A DNA stretch of 62,263 nucleotides, filler included. It is 3 parts of 3 records of this genome, joined end to end, with 100 filler letters (N's around TTAATTAATTAA, not from the genome) between each part and the next. Parts side by side here need not be neighbours in the genome. Positions count along the whole stretch, not along the records: positions 22,538 to 49,512 come from DRR723986_4003; 2 more parts are not named here. One strand, given 5' to 3'. The translations under genes were made by a program, and so were the position numbers. Under the pieces are notes generated by a model. It had not been told where the DNA came from, made no database searches, and was given only the letters and a program-made list of their open reading frames with translations. Positions 36,747-47,268 of this stretch are shown piece after piece. Each line of letters starts with the position of its first letter. The stretch's first letter is position 1.

Positions 36747-37757
36747 TCACAGGAATTTCTTGAAGAAGGCGCGCAGCGGATGGATGACGCCCTTGGGGAA
36801 GTAGAGAACGCAGAGCATCAGCGCGATGCCGTAGACCACCAGGTGCAGGCCCAGAAGGCCGCCGCCCAGCTCGCCACGCGTGATTTCTGCGATGGGGGTC
36901 AGGATCGAGGCGCCCAGAAGCGGCCCCAGCACGCTGCCCTGCCCGCCGATGATCGCCATGACCGCCATGTCGATGGACAGTTCCAGCCCCATCGAGCGTT
37001 CCGGGTTGATGTAGCGGAAGAACTGCCCGTAGAAGGCGCCGCCCATGGCCGTCAGAAAGGCGCTGATGGCGAAGGCGGTCGAGGTGTAGCGCACCGGGTT
37101 GATCCCCAGCGCCTCTGCCGCGTCGCGGTCGCCCCGGATCGCCTTGAGGCAATAGCCCAGCTTCGACCGCTCCATCACCACGGTGGCCAGCAGCGCCAGC
37201 GCGAGGAAGCCGAGGATGATGTAGTAGTAGGGCACCTTGCCCTCGAACTGGAACGCCCAGAAATCGGTGCCCATGTTCGGCACGATCAGCCCCTCGGCGC
37301 CCTTCAGCGGGATGCCCGCGAAGTCATTGGTGTTCTCGACCCAGATCCGCAGGATCTCGGCGAAGGCGATCATGGTCAGGGTGAAGTAGGGACCCTTCAG
37401 GCGGAAGGTCGGCAGGCCGATCAGCACGGCGGTTGCCGCCGCCAGCACGCCGCCGAACAGCATCCCCAGCCACGGCGACAGGCCGAGTTGCGTGAACAGC
37501 AGCACGGTGACGTAGCCGCCCATGCCGTTGAACATCGCGTGACCCAGCGACAGTTGCCCGACGTAGCCGCAGACGAAGTTCCAGGACGTCGCCATGTAGG
37601 CGAAGAAGAGCACCATGATGATCGAGTGCAGGGTAAAGCTGTCGGTGACGAACAGCGGCACGGCGGCCAGCCCGGCAAGGATCACCACGATCAGCAGGTT
37701 CTGCGTGATGCCGAAGCGGGGGGCGGGGGTGGTCTGTGTGAGTGTACGGGTATTCAT
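36747..37757 (-). CDS. HAAT/LIV-family ABC permease (LivM-like)
   Basis: GYVGQLSLGH, RLKGPYF, AAEALGIN, IIGGQGS. Confidence 0.92.
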   Translation of the reverse strand: MNTRTLTQTTPAPRFGITQNLLIVVILAGLAAVPLFVTDSFTLHSIIMVLFFAYMATSWNFVCGYVGQLSLGHAMFNGMGGYVTVLLFTQLGLSPWLGMLFGGVLAAATAVLIGLPTFRLKGPYFTLTMIAFAEILRIWVENTNDFAGIPLKGAEGLIVPNMGTDFWAFQFEGKVPYYYIILGFLALALLATVVMERSKLGYCLKAIRGDRDAAEALGINPVRYTSTAFAISAFLTAMGGAFYGQFFRYINPERSMGLELSIDMAVMAIIGGQGSVLGPLLGASILTPIAEITRGELGGGLLGLHLVVYGIALMLCVLYFPKGVIHPLRAFFKKFL

Positions 37758-38638
37758 GCGCGCCCCAAGACGCCCTGAGGGCGGAAGACAAGGATGAGGA
37801 TGAACAGCCCCAGCGACCCGATGGAGGCCGAGGTGGCGGTGACATATTGCGAGGCGACCGCCTCGAAGACGCCGATGATGATGCCGCCGACGATGCAGCC
37901 GGGGATGGAGCCCAAGCCGCCAAGCACGACGACAATGAAGGACTTGATCCCGAAGGACAGCCCGATCGACGGAGAGATCGGCATGAAGGGCGCGATCAGC
38001 GCTCCGAAGAGGCCGAGGATGCCGCAACCGATGCCGAAGGTGACGGCGTAGACATAGGGCACGTCGATGCCCGACATCGCCGCCGCGTCGCGGTTCTGCG
38101 CGGTGGCGCGGATGGCCCGGCCAAGGTTGGACCGGCGCAGCCAGAGCGTCAGGACCACGGTGATCGCGATGGCCGCCACGGCGCCCAGCAGGCGCTGTCC
38201 GCTGACCGGGATGCCGCCCATCATGACCGTGGGCATGTAATAGGCCGCCTGAAGCGCCCGCACGTCCGGGCCGAAGGCCATCAGCGCCGCATTGTCCATC
38301 ACGAGGAAGACGCCGGTGGTCAGCAGTAGCGCCGAGAGCGGTTCCACCACCAGCGCGCTTTCGCGCCGGATCAGCGGAGAGATGATGACCGCTTGCACGA
38401 AATACCCCAGCGCGAACATCGCGGGCACGTTGATCAGCGCCGTCAGGTAGGGGTCGAGGCCGAGGATGCTCCACGACCAGAAAGAGATGTAGAGCGACAG
38501 CATCAGGAACGAGCCATGGGCAAAGTTCACGATGCGCAGCACGCCGAAGATCAGCGAAAGGCCGAGGGCCACGCCTCCGTAGATGCAGCCCAGCAGCAGA
38601 CCGTTGGTCACGGCATAGCTGAGAATGAAGAAATCCAT
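37754..38638 (-). CDS. HAAT/LIV-family ABC permease (LivH-like)
   Basis: GLSLIFGVLRIVNFAHG, GRAIRA, VVLGGLGS, FRPQG. Confidence 0.93.
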   Translation of the reverse strand: MDFFILSYAVTNGLLLGCIYGGVALGLSLIFGVLRIVNFAHGSFLMLSLYISFWSWSILGLDPYLTALINVPAMFALGYFVQAVIISPLIRRESALVVEPLSALLLTTGVFLVMDNAALMAFGPDVRALQAAYYMPTVMMGGIPVSGQRLLGAVAAIAITVVLTLWLRRSNLGRAIRATAQNRDAAAMSGIDVPYVYAVTFGIGCGILGLFGALIAPFMPISPSIGLSFGIKSFIVVVLGGLGSIPGCIVGGIIIGVFEAVASQYVTATSASIGSLGLFILILVFRPQGVLGRA

Positions 38639-38731
38639 CGGCGCACTCCTGTCGCGGCTTTGGGGTGTGGGTCGGTCAGAGAGGGAAAAGCGCGGGCCGC
38701 CTCAGGGAGAAGGCGGCCCGCCGGAGGGGCC

Positions 38732-39985
38732 TTAGCGGTCCTTCCAGGCCGGGACCGGCCAGACCGGCGCGGTGTCCTCGGCGCGGTTCTCGGCCGGCCA
38801 GACGGTGCGGCGCTTGCCGTCGAGGTTCTGCGAGATCACCCCGTTGGCGAAGGTGTTCTGCCCTTCCTCGTCGAACTTGATCTGGCGGTAGCCGGTGATC
38901 AGCGCCGGGCCCTCGGTGATGTCGGTTTCCGCCAGCGCATCGCGGATCGCCTCGCGGTCGGCGCTGCCCGCGCGTTCCAGCGCGTCGGCGATGACATAGA
39001 CCGAGGAAAAGCCCTGCGCGGTATAGGCCGACAGGCCGTAGCCCAGTTCCGCGACGGATGCCTCGTCGGCGGCCTTGATGCGGGGATCGTCGCTTTGCTC
39101 CAGCTTGTCGATCTGCCAGTCTTCCTGGACGAAGGCATAGCTGACCGCCTCGGCCGGCAGCGCCTGGTAGAAGGCCGGATCTTCCATGCCGCCGCCGACG
39201 GAATGCACGCCGAAGGGGAAGTCGAGCCGCTGCTCCATCATCTGCCGGGTGAACAGCAGGTGGTCGGGCGTATACAGCGCCACGATGGCCGCGTCGGGCT
39301 TGGCCGCGCGCATCTTCAGCAACTGGTTCGAGAAATCGACCTGGTTCGGCGGCGCGGCCTCGTCCAGCACGATGTCATAGCCGCGTTCCTCGGCGATGCG
39401 CTTGACGTTGGCGGCGTGGCTGCGGCCCCAGTCGGACCCTTCGTAGAGCATGGCGATGGTCTTGACCTTCTCGCCGGTCTCGTCGGCCAGCATGTCCATC
39501 GCGTCGATCTGCTCGCGCGCGTCATAGGTGGCCTTGTTGTTGATGCGGAAGACGTAGCTGAAGCCGCGCTCGGTGATCTCGTCCTTCACCGATCCGACCA
39601 CGACCCACGGCGTCTTCAGCCGCTCGGCCACCTCGGTCGAGGGGAAGGTTACGGCGCTGTTGAAGGCGCCGCAGATCACCGCCACCTCTTCGCGCGAGAT
39701 CAGGCGTTCGGTTTCCGTCACGCCGACGTCGGGTTTCGACTGGCTGTCGGCAAAGACGATTTCCAGCGGCGCGCCGTCCATGGCCTTGATGCCGCCCGCC
39801 TCGTTGATCTGGTCGACGGCGATCTGCGCGCCCACGCGGGTCTGGTTGCCCACGGTCGCGGAACCGCCCGACAGCGGCAGCACGCAGCCGATCTTGACGG
39901 CGTCGGCGGCAAGGGTCGGCGTGGCCAGCGATAGCCCCGCCAGCGCGGCCAGCACGAAGGTCTGGCGTTTGGTGAAATGGGTCAT
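38732..39985 (-). CDS. HAAT/LIV-family ABC substrate-binding protein
   Basis: Signal peptide, KIGCVLPLSG, INEAGGI, ADALERAGS. Confidence 0.9.
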   Translation of the reverse strand: MTHFTKRQTFVLAALAGLSLATPTLAADAVKIGCVLPLSGGSATVGNQTRVGAQIAVDQINEAGGIKAMDGAPLEIVFADSQSKPDVGVTETERLISREEVAVICGAFNSAVTFPSTEVAERLKTPWVVVGSVKDEITERGFSYVFRINNKATYDAREQIDAMDMLADETGEKVKTIAMLYEGSDWGRSHAANVKRIAEERGYDIVLDEAAPPNQVDFSNQLLKMRAAKPDAAIVALYTPDHLLFTRQMMEQRLDFPFGVHSVGGGMEDPAFYQALPAEAVSYAFVQEDWQIDKLEQSDDPRIKAADEASVAELGYGLSAYTAQGFSSVYVIADALERAGSADREAIRDALAETDITEGPALITGYRQIKFDEEGQNTFANGVISQNLDGKRRTVWPAENRAEDTAPVWPVPAWKDR

Positions 39986-40222
39986 GGTTTCTCCTCCCGA
40001 TGGTCCGCGGGATCGGTCCCGGCGGGCTCTTTCTTGTCGGTGTTGGAAGTGTCGGCGGGGGCGGGATTTGCGGCAACAGGGCCGGTGGGATGGCGGAAAG
40101 ACCACTTGTCCGGACCCGTGGGACAGGCCGAAAGCCCGGCCCCGCTCGGGGCAGAGGCCGGACCTTCACTGCGCCGGGTCCCTTCGGAAATGCGCTGTTT
40201 TTCAGTTGCTTGCGAGGTGGGG

Positions 40223-40588
40223 TTACATCTGCAACCCGCCGCCCCCCGCCGCCGCCTCAAAGCGTTTCAGCGCGTCGGTGTCGCCCTCCATGACCGGCCG
40301 CATGAAATGGCGATCATAGCGGATGATGCAGCCCGTCCGGTTGGCGAAGTCCAGCGCCTCCTGGCAGTCCGGGTCGGCCTTCAGCGCGGTGCGGTAGCGT
40401 TCGTATTTCGCCAGCGAGTCGAACGAGAAGGACGAGATCGCAAGGTCGTTCGGGCCCTCGTCGGGCAGCAGGTAGCCATGCTGCCGCCCGCCCATGCGCT
40501 CGATCAGCGCGTACCACGTCCGGCAATAGGCCTCGAAGGCGGCGACCTGATAGGGGTCGATCTGGTAGATCACGAGGCAGGTGATCAT
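40223..40588 (-). CDS. NIPSNAP family protein
   Basis: MITC..YQIDP..AFEAY..GYLLP.EG..FDSLAKYE.YR. Confidence 0.85.
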   Translation of the reverse strand: MITCLVIYQIDPYQVAAFEAYCRTWYALIERMGGRQHGYLLPDEGPNDLAISSFSFDSLAKYERYRTALKADPDCQEALDFANRTGCIIRYDRHFMRPVMEGDTDALKRFEAAAGGGGLQM

Positions 40589-41673
40589 GCGGGCGCCCTC
40601 GCCAGCGTTTCGACCCGGAGCATCGCCTCTGTCAGCACGGGGACAGAGACGGGAACGGCGAGGTTCTTCAGATGCGGCGCGGTCATGGTGCCCTCTGCGA
40701 TGCCCCGGATGTCAGCGTCCGAGGGCGCGGACATGCCAAGATCCGGCAGGCAGCAGGGCAGGCCGATCTCGCGGTAGAAGCCGGTCAGGTCGGCCAGAGC
40801 CGCATCGGCGCGCCCCTCGACCACCCATTGCACCAGCAGCGCATAGGCGACTTGATCGCCGTGGATCGCGTCCTTGGCGCCGCGCGCCTTGACCAGCCCG
40901 CGCGTCATGGAATGCGCCAGCGACAGCCCGCCGTTCTCGAAGCCCAGACCGCTCATCAGCACGCAGGCCTCGACGGTCGCCTCAAGGTCATCCGTCACCT
41001 CGCCCGCCTCGCAGGCCCGCATGGCTGCGGCGCCGTGGGCGCGCAGCGTCGAGTAGCAGCGGTCCGCGATGGCCAGCGCCGTCAGCAGGGGCCGCGTGCC
41101 GAAGGGGGTCACGCCGGTGCCCGCGGCACATCCGTCGGCCTCGAACTTCTTGGTGATGGCGTCACCGATGCCCGCCCGCAGGAACATCGCGGGGGCCTGC
41201 GTGATCAGCGCCGTGTCGACGATGACGGCCTCGGGCGAGCGGTCCATCCGGTCGACGGCGATCATGACGTGGTTCTCGTCGTAGACCGCCAGAGCGCCGC
41301 TGGTCGGGCTGTCGTTCGACGCGATGGTCGGCACGGTGGCCACGGCGGCGCCCAGCCGGATCGCCACGCCCTTGGCCGCGTCCAGCGCCTTGCCGCCGCC
41401 GATTCCCGCGACGATGCCCGGAGTACCCTCGGCGGCCTCGGCCAGCGCCTCCATCGCGGCATAGGTGATCTCTCCGCCGAAGGGCAGGATCTGCGGGGTC
41501 AGCCCCTCTGCGGCCAGCGCGGCCCTGATCCGGTCGCCCAACATCTCGAGCACGAAGGTGTCCGCGATCAAGAGCGGCGACGGGCCAAAGGGCGCCAGCA
41601 CGGCACCCAGCTTGTCCAACGCGCCCGGTCCCTGGATGTAGCGATGCGGCGCCCCGAAGACACGCAGGCTCAT
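40585..41673 (-). CDS. Glycerol dehydrogenase family (iron/zinc ADH)
   Basis: YIQGPG, GGGKALDAAK, PTIASND, GIGD, GFENGG..AH, HG.QVAY. Confidence 0.88.
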   Translation of the reverse strand: MSLRVFGAPHRYIQGPGALDKLGAVLAPFGPSPLLIADTFVLEMLGDRIRAALAAEGLTPQILPFGGEITYAAMEALAEAAEGTPGIVAGIGGGKALDAAKGVAIRLGAAVATVPTIASNDSPTSGALAVYDENHVMIAVDRMDRSPEAVIVDTALITQAPAMFLRAGIGDAITKKFEADGCAAGTGVTPFGTRPLLTALAIADRCYSTLRAHGAAAMRACEAGEVTDDLEATVEACVLMSGLGFENGGLSLAHSMTRGLVKARGAKDAIHGDQVAYALLVQWVVEGRADAALADLTGFYREIGLPCCLPDLGMSAPSDADIRGIAEGTMTAPHLKNLAVPVSVPVLTEAMLRVETLARAPA

Positions 41674-42224
41674 CGGATGTAGCGGTCGATCAGATCCGCC
41701 CCCTTGCCGATGGCCTCGTAATGGGAGCGCGCCGCCTCGATCTTTGTGTAGACGTCTTCATAACCAAGCGCCTCGCCCTTGGTGTCCACGTAGACATAGC
41801 CGCCCGTGACGTTGAAGAAGGTGATCATCTCGTCCACGTCCTCGGGCACGACCAGCGTATGCGTCTCGCCCGGCGGCTCGAAGACGTAGGACAGCGGCGT
41901 CGCTTCCCAATCGTGTTCCAGATAGCGCCAGCGTCCCCTCAGCGTGACCGCATGGACCGGCCCGGCGTGGCGGTGGCGCGACAGCACGCCCGCGCGCCGC
42001 ACCCGCAGAAGCGAGATGAAGTAGCCGTGTGTGACGTTCATCAAGAGCGGTTTGAAGGTCACGCCCTCGCCCTGCGGCACCCACTCCCATTCCTCGATGG
42101 CATCGAGGTCGATGGCGCCGGGCACCACCAGGTCGGCGGGCATGGCGTAGGGCTGCTGCCCTTCGAAGGGCTGTTTGGACAGGTCCATGCGCCTGCGCGC
42201 GAACCCGGTGTCGTGGTCGTTCAT
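41670..42224 (-). CDS. 2,4'-dihydroxyacetophenone dioxygenase family cupin
   Basis: RHRHAGPVHAVTLRGRWRYLEHDW, YVFEPPGETHTL. Confidence 0.85.
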   Translation of the reverse strand: MNDHDTGFARRRMDLSKQPFEGQQPYAMPADLVVPGAIDLDAIEEWEWVPQGEGVTFKPLLMNVTHGYFISLLRVRRAGVLSRHRHAGPVHAVTLRGRWRYLEHDWEATPLSYVFEPPGETHTLVVPEDVDEMITFFNVTGGYVYVDTKGEALGYEDVYTKIEAARSHYEAIGKGADLIDRYIR

Positions 42225-42277
42225 GGTATCCTCCCGATGTGATGCGGCCCGCCCTCCCCGGCGGGCCGTGGCGGGGG

Positions 42278-43261
42278 CTAGACGCCCTCGCGGATCGCCC
42301 GTTCGAAGCGGGACTGATCGACGCCGTATTTCCTTTCGAGATACTCTTGGCTGCCGCATTCGAAGAAGCCGTCCTCGAGTCCGATCTTGATGGTCGGCTT
42401 GTGGATGCCCGCGTCATACAGCGCCTCGATCACCAGCGTCGCAAGGCCGCCCGTCGTCTTGTGGTTCTCGGCGATGACGATGCGGTCATGCCGGCGCACG
42501 AAGTCCAGCACGCTTGCCGTGTCGAAGGGCTTCAGCGTCGAGACGTGCAGGACCGAGGGGTCGTGTCCCGGCACCGCCTTGCACGCGTCCAGCGCCCGCG
42601 CGGTCATATAGCCGGTCGAGATGAAGCCGATCTTGCCGTCGCCCTTGCGGACCTCCTTGGCCTTGCCGACCTCGAAGACGTAGTCCGCGGGCAGTTCCAC
42701 CGGCACCTTGCCGCGCAGGTTGCGGACGTAGACGGTGCCGGGAATGTCGGCCACGGCGCGCACCACCTGCTTGAACTCGACCGCGTCGCAGGGGTCGATG
42801 ATCGTCAGGTCGGCGATGCCGCGCATCATGTTGATGTCCTCGGTCGCCTGATGCGTCGCGCCGTAGCCGTTCACCAGACCGGGCATGCCCGCGAAGATCT
42901 TGACGTTCGCCATGCTGTGCGCGCAGGCGATGGCCACGAAGTCATAGGCGCGGCGCGTGATGAAGACGGAATAGGTCGTGCAGTAGGCGATCTTGCCCGC
43001 CTTCGCCATGCCGGCGGCGGTCATGATAAGGTTCTGCTCGGCCATGCCGACGTTAAAGAAGCGGTCGGGGTGGGCGTCGCGGAAGGGCAGGATGTCGCTG
43101 TAGCGCCCCATGTCGGCGGTCAGGGCGACGATCTCGGGACGCTCGCGGCCCAGTTCGGCAAGGGTGTTGCCAAAGGGAGCAGTCTCGGTCGTCTTGCCCG
43201 CGACCTCGACGATCTCGCCCATGCCGCGCGTGCGGTTGTCCAGCGTATCGGTATCAGGCAT
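42278..43261 (-). CDS. Transketolase C-terminal subunit (split transketolase)
   Basis: LTAD, RFFNVGMAEQN, RRAYD, GATHQATED, TLKPFD, ENH. Confidence 0.92.
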   Translation of the reverse strand: MPDTDTLDNRTRGMGEIVEVAGKTTETAPFGNTLAELGRERPEIVALTADMGRYSDILPFRDAHPDRFFNVGMAEQNLIMTAAGMAKAGKIAYCTTYSVFITRRAYDFVAIACAHSMANVKIFAGMPGLVNGYGATHQATEDINMMRGIADLTIIDPCDAVEFKQVVRAVADIPGTVYVRNLRGKVPVELPADYVFEVGKAKEVRKGDGKIGFISTGYMTARALDACKAVPGHDPSVLHVSTLKPFDTASVLDFVRRHDRIVIAENHKTTGGLATLVIEALYDAGIHKPTIKIGLEDGFFECGSQEYLERKYGVDQSRFERAIREGV

Positions 43262-44096
43262 TCTCGGTCTCCAACTCCTGGATCAGGTCGTCCCATTCGT
43301 CGTTGCCGACGCGGACGAAGTGGGCGCGGTCGCGGCCCATGATGGTGGGCACGCCGAAGCCCGGCGTGGTGCGCAGCACGATGCACTTGGGCTTGCCGTC
43401 GGGCTCGCGCGCTTTCGCCAGCGCCTCGACCAGCGCGCCCATGTCGTTTCCGTTGATCTCCTGCGTGTCCCAGCCGAAGGCGGTCATCTTGTCGGCCACC
43501 GGTTCGATCGCCACCGTCACCGGCCCGTCCGCCTGAATGCCGTTGCAGTCGATCAGTGCCACGAGGTTGTCGCAGTCGAAGGTGGCGCCGCCCATCGCGG
43601 CCTCCCATGTCGAGCCCTCGTCCAGCTCGCCGTCCGAGAACTCGCAGAAGACGCGGGCCGGGTTCTTGTCCATCTTCAGTGCCATGGCCATGCCGACTGC
43701 CTGCCCCAGCCCGTGACCCAAGGATCCGCCGACGATCTCGACGCCCACGGTCTCGTCGAAGGTGCTCATCGGCAGGGTCGAGCCGTTCAGCCCGTAGCTG
43801 GGCAGGATGTCCTCACCCATGTAGCCGGTCTCGGCCAGCAGGGCGTACATGGCGATGGAGTAATGCCCGGTGGACAGCAGAAAACGGTCGCGGCCCTCCC
43901 AGTCGGGGCGGGCGGGGTCGTGGCGCATCTCGTGGAAGTAAAGCGCCGCCAGCGTGTCCGCGATGCCGAGGCCCTGCGCGATGTAGCCCTCGCCCTTGCC
44001 GGAGGCCATGTGCATCATCTTGCGCCGCAGGTTCAGCGCGCGCCCCTTCAAGAGGTCGAGGTCCGGCGTACCGGGGGGGTGGTTCTGGTAGGTCAT
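43254..44096 (-). CDS. Transketolase N-terminal subunit (split transketolase)
   Basis: RDRFLLSTGH, GSLGHG, TPP motif SDGELDEGSTWEA...D.N..Q.DG. Confidence 0.92.
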   Translation of the reverse strand: MTYQNHPPGTPDLDLLKGRALNLRRKMMHMASGKGEGYIAQGLGIADTLAALYFHEMRHDPARPDWEGRDRFLLSTGHYSIAMYALLAETGYMGEDILPSYGLNGSTLPMSTFDETVGVEIVGGSLGHGLGQAVGMAMALKMDKNPARVFCEFSDGELDEGSTWEAAMGGATFDCDNLVALIDCNGIQADGPVTVAIEPVADKMTAFGWDTQEINGNDMGALVEALAKAREPDGKPKCIVLRTTPGFGVPTIMGRDRAHFVRVGNDEWDDLIQELETENA

Positions 44097-44138
44097 GTCT
44101 TGGATTTCCTCCCGCCCCGGTGGGTTCCGGGGGTCTCG

Positions 44139-45041
44139 TCAGGCCAGACCCGGCCGGGCCCATGCCATCGACACGAGCCGCCCGGTTCCGGACAGGGTGA
44201 TGAAGGCGGTCTGCATATCCGGACCGCCGAACGCGATGTTGGTAGTATAGGGATCGGGCAGCGCGATGCGCTCGACCAGCAGGCCTGCCGGGGATACCAC
44301 ATTCACGCCCCCCAGCCGCAGCGTCGCCACCGCGACGTTCCCGCAGGCCTCGACGGCAAGGCTGTCGTAGCGCTGGAAGCCCGGCAGCGCGGACATGAGG
44401 TCCCCACCCGTGGGCGAGGGCCAGTCGACCGGGGCGAATTGCCCCTCGCCGGTGATGGCATAGCGCCAGAGACGGCCCGAGGAGGTCTCGGCCACGATGA
44501 CGCTCTGCCCGTCCGGGGACAGGCCGATACCGTTGGGGCCGATCAGCGGAAAGGCCGCCTCGCGGATCAGGCTGCCGTCCTCGCGGGCGTAGAAGACCGC
44601 GCCGAACTCCACCTGCCGCCCCGAGCGGTGGCCGTGGTCGGTGAACCACAGCCCGCCCTTGCCGTCGGCCACGATGTCGTTGGGCGCGCTGAGCGGAATG
44701 TCCCCGCAGCGGTCGTACAGGGTTTCGACCGCGCCTGTGGTGGCGTCGACCCTCTGGATGCACCCGCCCGCGTTGTCGGGCGCCCGGCCCACGGGCCGCA
44801 GGTAGCCGGGGCTGTCATCCCACGTGAAGCCGCCGTTGTTGCAGACATACAGCGCCCCGTCCGAGCCGAGGCAGGCGCCATTCGGCCCGCCCCCGGTCTC
44901 TGCGAAGGGTGTGGCCTTGCCGTCTGCGACCACGGACAGCCGCCCGGCGGCGATCTCGCAGACCAGAAGCGTGCCGTCCGGCATCACCACGGGACCTTCG
45001 GGAAAGCCCAGCCCCTCGGCCAGTGTCTCGAAGTGGGTCAT
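44139..45041 (-). CDS. SMP-30/gluconolactonase family protein
   Basis: GLGFPEGP, GGPNG, PND, PNGIGLSPD, TNIAFGG. Confidence 0.9.
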   Translation of the reverse strand: MTHFETLAEGLGFPEGPVVMPDGTLLVCEIAAGRLSVVADGKATPFAETGGGPNGACLGSDGALYVCNNGGFTWDDSPGYLRPVGRAPDNAGGCIQRVDATTGAVETLYDRCGDIPLSAPNDIVADGKGGLWFTDHGHRSGRQVEFGAVFYAREDGSLIREAAFPLIGPNGIGLSPDGQSVIVAETSSGRLWRYAITGEGQFAPVDWPSPTGGDLMSALPGFQRYDSLAVEACGNVAVATLRLGGVNVVSPAGLLVERIALPDPYTTNIAFGGPDMQTAFITLSGTGRLVSMAWARPGLA

Positions 45042-45709
45042 GCGGCGTCAGGCTCCAAGGCGAGGCCGAGCGCGGCGGCCAGCGCCGGGACCGTCGCCGC
45101 AACCGCAGCCGGGTGCAGCGCGGTCAGCGCCTCGGCGGGGTAGAAGCCATAGGTGACGGCGACGCAATCCATGCCCGCCGCCCGGGCCGCCTTGATGTCC
45201 TGCGGGCCGTCGCCGACATAGATCGCCTGTTCCGGCGCGATCCCCAGTAGGTCGAGCGCGTGCAGGATCGGCGCCGGGTCGGGCTTGCGCAGTTCCGTGT
45301 CCTCGGCGGTGACGAGCACGCTCAGCGCCTCCGCGTCGATGCCTGCCACGCGCAGGTCGGTCAGCGTGCGGGGGCGGCCCTTGTTGGTCACCAGCCCCGG
45401 CCTGCGCCCTGTCTCGTGCAGGCGCCGGATTAGCGCCGCCGCCCCGTCGAAGACGCGGACGTGGCGCAGATTTTGCGGATAGGCCTCTTCATAGGCGGCA
45501 TAAAGCGCCTCGACCCGGTCCGGTGCGACATAGGCAAAGACCTCGCGCGGGCGCATGGCAAAGAGCTCCCCGGGCAGGCCGGGCGGCGGGAAGGCGCTGG
45601 ACAGGTGCCGGTCGAAGACCATGCGATAGCTTGCCTCTACCGCGTCGCGGGTATCGACGAGCGTGCCGTCGAGGTCGAAGAGGACCACCCGGTCCGGGGT
45701 CTGGGTCAT
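45038..45709 (-). CDS. HAD family phosphatase (Gph-like)
   Basis: FDLDGTLVD, VTNK, KPDP, YVGD..DI.AARAAG. Confidence 0.9.
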   Translation of the reverse strand: MTQTPDRVVLFDLDGTLVDTRDAVEASYRMVFDRHLSSAFPPPGLPGELFAMRPREVFAYVAPDRVEALYAAYEEAYPQNLRHVRVFDGAAALIRRLHETGRRPGLVTNKGRPRTLTDLRVAGIDAEALSVLVTAEDTELRKPDPAPILHALDLLGIAPEQAIYVGDGPQDIKAARAAGMDCVAVTYGFYPAEALTALHPAAVAATVPALAAALGLALEPDAA

Positions 45710-47268
45710 GGGGTCTTTCCTTCCGGTTCGTATTTCGCAAGCAGCGCCGCGCGGGTCTTCCACGCGCCCGTCAGCGCAAGGCCAAGGTCGCAAAACAGCG
45801 GGAACGCCGCATCATAGGTGCGCACAAGGTCGGGGTCCGGCTCGACCTCGGGCCCGGTGCGGATCATCGCGGCGGCGGCGGTCGACAGGTCGGGCTGACA
45901 GCCCCCGGCGACCGCCGCCATCAGGGCCACGCCAAGCGCGCCGGTCTCTTCGGCCTCGGGCACCTGCAGGGGCCGATTGACCGCCGCCGCGCAGATCTGC
46001 CGCCAGAGCGGAGAGCGCGCGCCACCGCCGGTGATGCGGATGTCGGTGACGGGCGCGGCCAGCGCCTCGTAGCATTCGCGCATGGAGAACCCGACGCCCT
46101 CCATCACGCTGCGCACCATTGCGGGCGCGTCGGTGCCAGTGTCACAGCCAAAGACAGAGGCGCGGGCGTCCGGATCGAAGCGCGGCGCCGACATGCCCGA
46201 GGTGTTGAAGTAGGGATGCGTGATCACGCCGCCCGACAGCGGGGGCACGGCAGCGGCCTTGGCCCCGACCTCGGTCAGGAAGGCGCCCCGGTCCGGCGCC
46301 GCCTTCTGTTCGTCGGCAAAGAAGGCGTCGAGCGCCCAGTCGAGGCAGAGCGCCCCGCCCCCGGTATTGGCCATCAGCTTCTGCCAGTTGCCCTCCGGCA
46401 TCAGGAAGAGGAAGCCCACGCCCTCCGGCTCCATCAGGGGGCGGTCGGTGGTGAGGTTGTTCATGAAGCTGGTGCCGATCACCGTCACCGCCTGCCCCGG
46501 GTCGGTCGCGCCCGCGCCAAGCGCCGCCGCCACGGCGTCGCCTGCCCCGGTCGTGACCGGCGTGCCGGGGGCAAGGCCCGTCAGCGCGGCGGCCTCTTCG
46601 GTGACATGGCCGACGATGGCCCCGGTGGGCAGCACCGGCGGCAGGGCGCGCATCATCTCTGGCACGCCCGCGATCTCGAAGAGGCGCTCGGAATGGCCGC
46701 GTGCGCGGATATCGCAGGGAAAGAACGACAGGTCGGATTCGTCCGTGGCCTTCACCCCGGTCAATCGCCAGTTCAGGTAATCCTTGGCGGCAAAGACCGT
46801 GGCGATGCGCGCCAGTCTTTCCGGGTCGTGCCGCTTCAGCCATGCCAGCAGGACCAGCGTCACGCCGGGGATCGGCGCATTGCCCGAGATGCCGTAGATC
46901 TCGGCGACCTTGCCCGCATCCGTCCAGTCGCCCAGCATCTGCGCGGCGCGCCCGTCCGGCCAGGCGATGGCGCGGCCCACCGGCGCGCCTTCGGCGTCCA
47001 GCGCCCAGAGCCCGCCCATATGCCCCGAGATGCCAAGGCCCGCCACGTCGGCCCCGGTGATCCCGGCCGACTCCATCGCCGCGCGGATGCAGTGGGCGAC
47101 CTTGGCGAAGGTCTGCTCCATATCCTCTTCGTGCCAGCCGTCGCGGGGATAGACCGGGTCGGTGGTCACATGCCCCTGCCCCAGCACGCGGCCATCGCGC
47201 GCGTCGAAGACCACCGCCTTGGTCGCCGTGGTGCCCTTGTCGACACCGATCACGCAACGCCCGCTCAT
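45706..47268 (-). CDS. FGGY family carbohydrate kinase
   Basis: IGVDKGTTATK, GAGD, IGTS, ITGGGARS.LW.Q. Confidence 0.9.
   Translation of the reverse strand: MSGRCVIGVDKGTTATKAVVFDARDGRVLGQGHVTTDPVYPRDGWHEEDMEQTFAKVAHCIRAAMESAGITGADVAGLGISGHMGGLWALDAEGAPVGRAIAWPDGRAAQMLGDWTDAGKVAEIYGISGNAPIPGVTLVLLAWLKRHDPERLARIATVFAAKDYLNWRLTGVKATDESDLSFFPCDIRARGHSERLFEIAGVPEMMRALPPVLPTGAIVGHVTEEAAALTGLAPGTPVTTGAGDAVAAALGAGATDPGQAVTVIGTSFMNNLTTDRPLMEPEGVGFLFLMPEGNWQKLMANTGGGALCLDWALDAFFADEQKAAPDRGAFLTEVGAKAAAVPPLSGGVITHPYFNTSGMSAPRFDPDARASVFGCDTGTDAPAMVRSVMEGVGFSMRECYEALAAPVTDIRITGGGARSPLWRQICAAAVNRPLQVPEAEETGALGVALMAAVAGGCQPDLSTAAAAMIRTGPEVEPDPDLVRTYDAAFPLFCDLGLALTGAWKTRAALLAKYEPEGKTP

Noticed and set aside
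39986-40222. GC-rich hairpins upstream of the ABC binding protein as a riboswitch
   Set aside because: No known aptamer consensus recognised; hairpins are expected by chance at this GC content.
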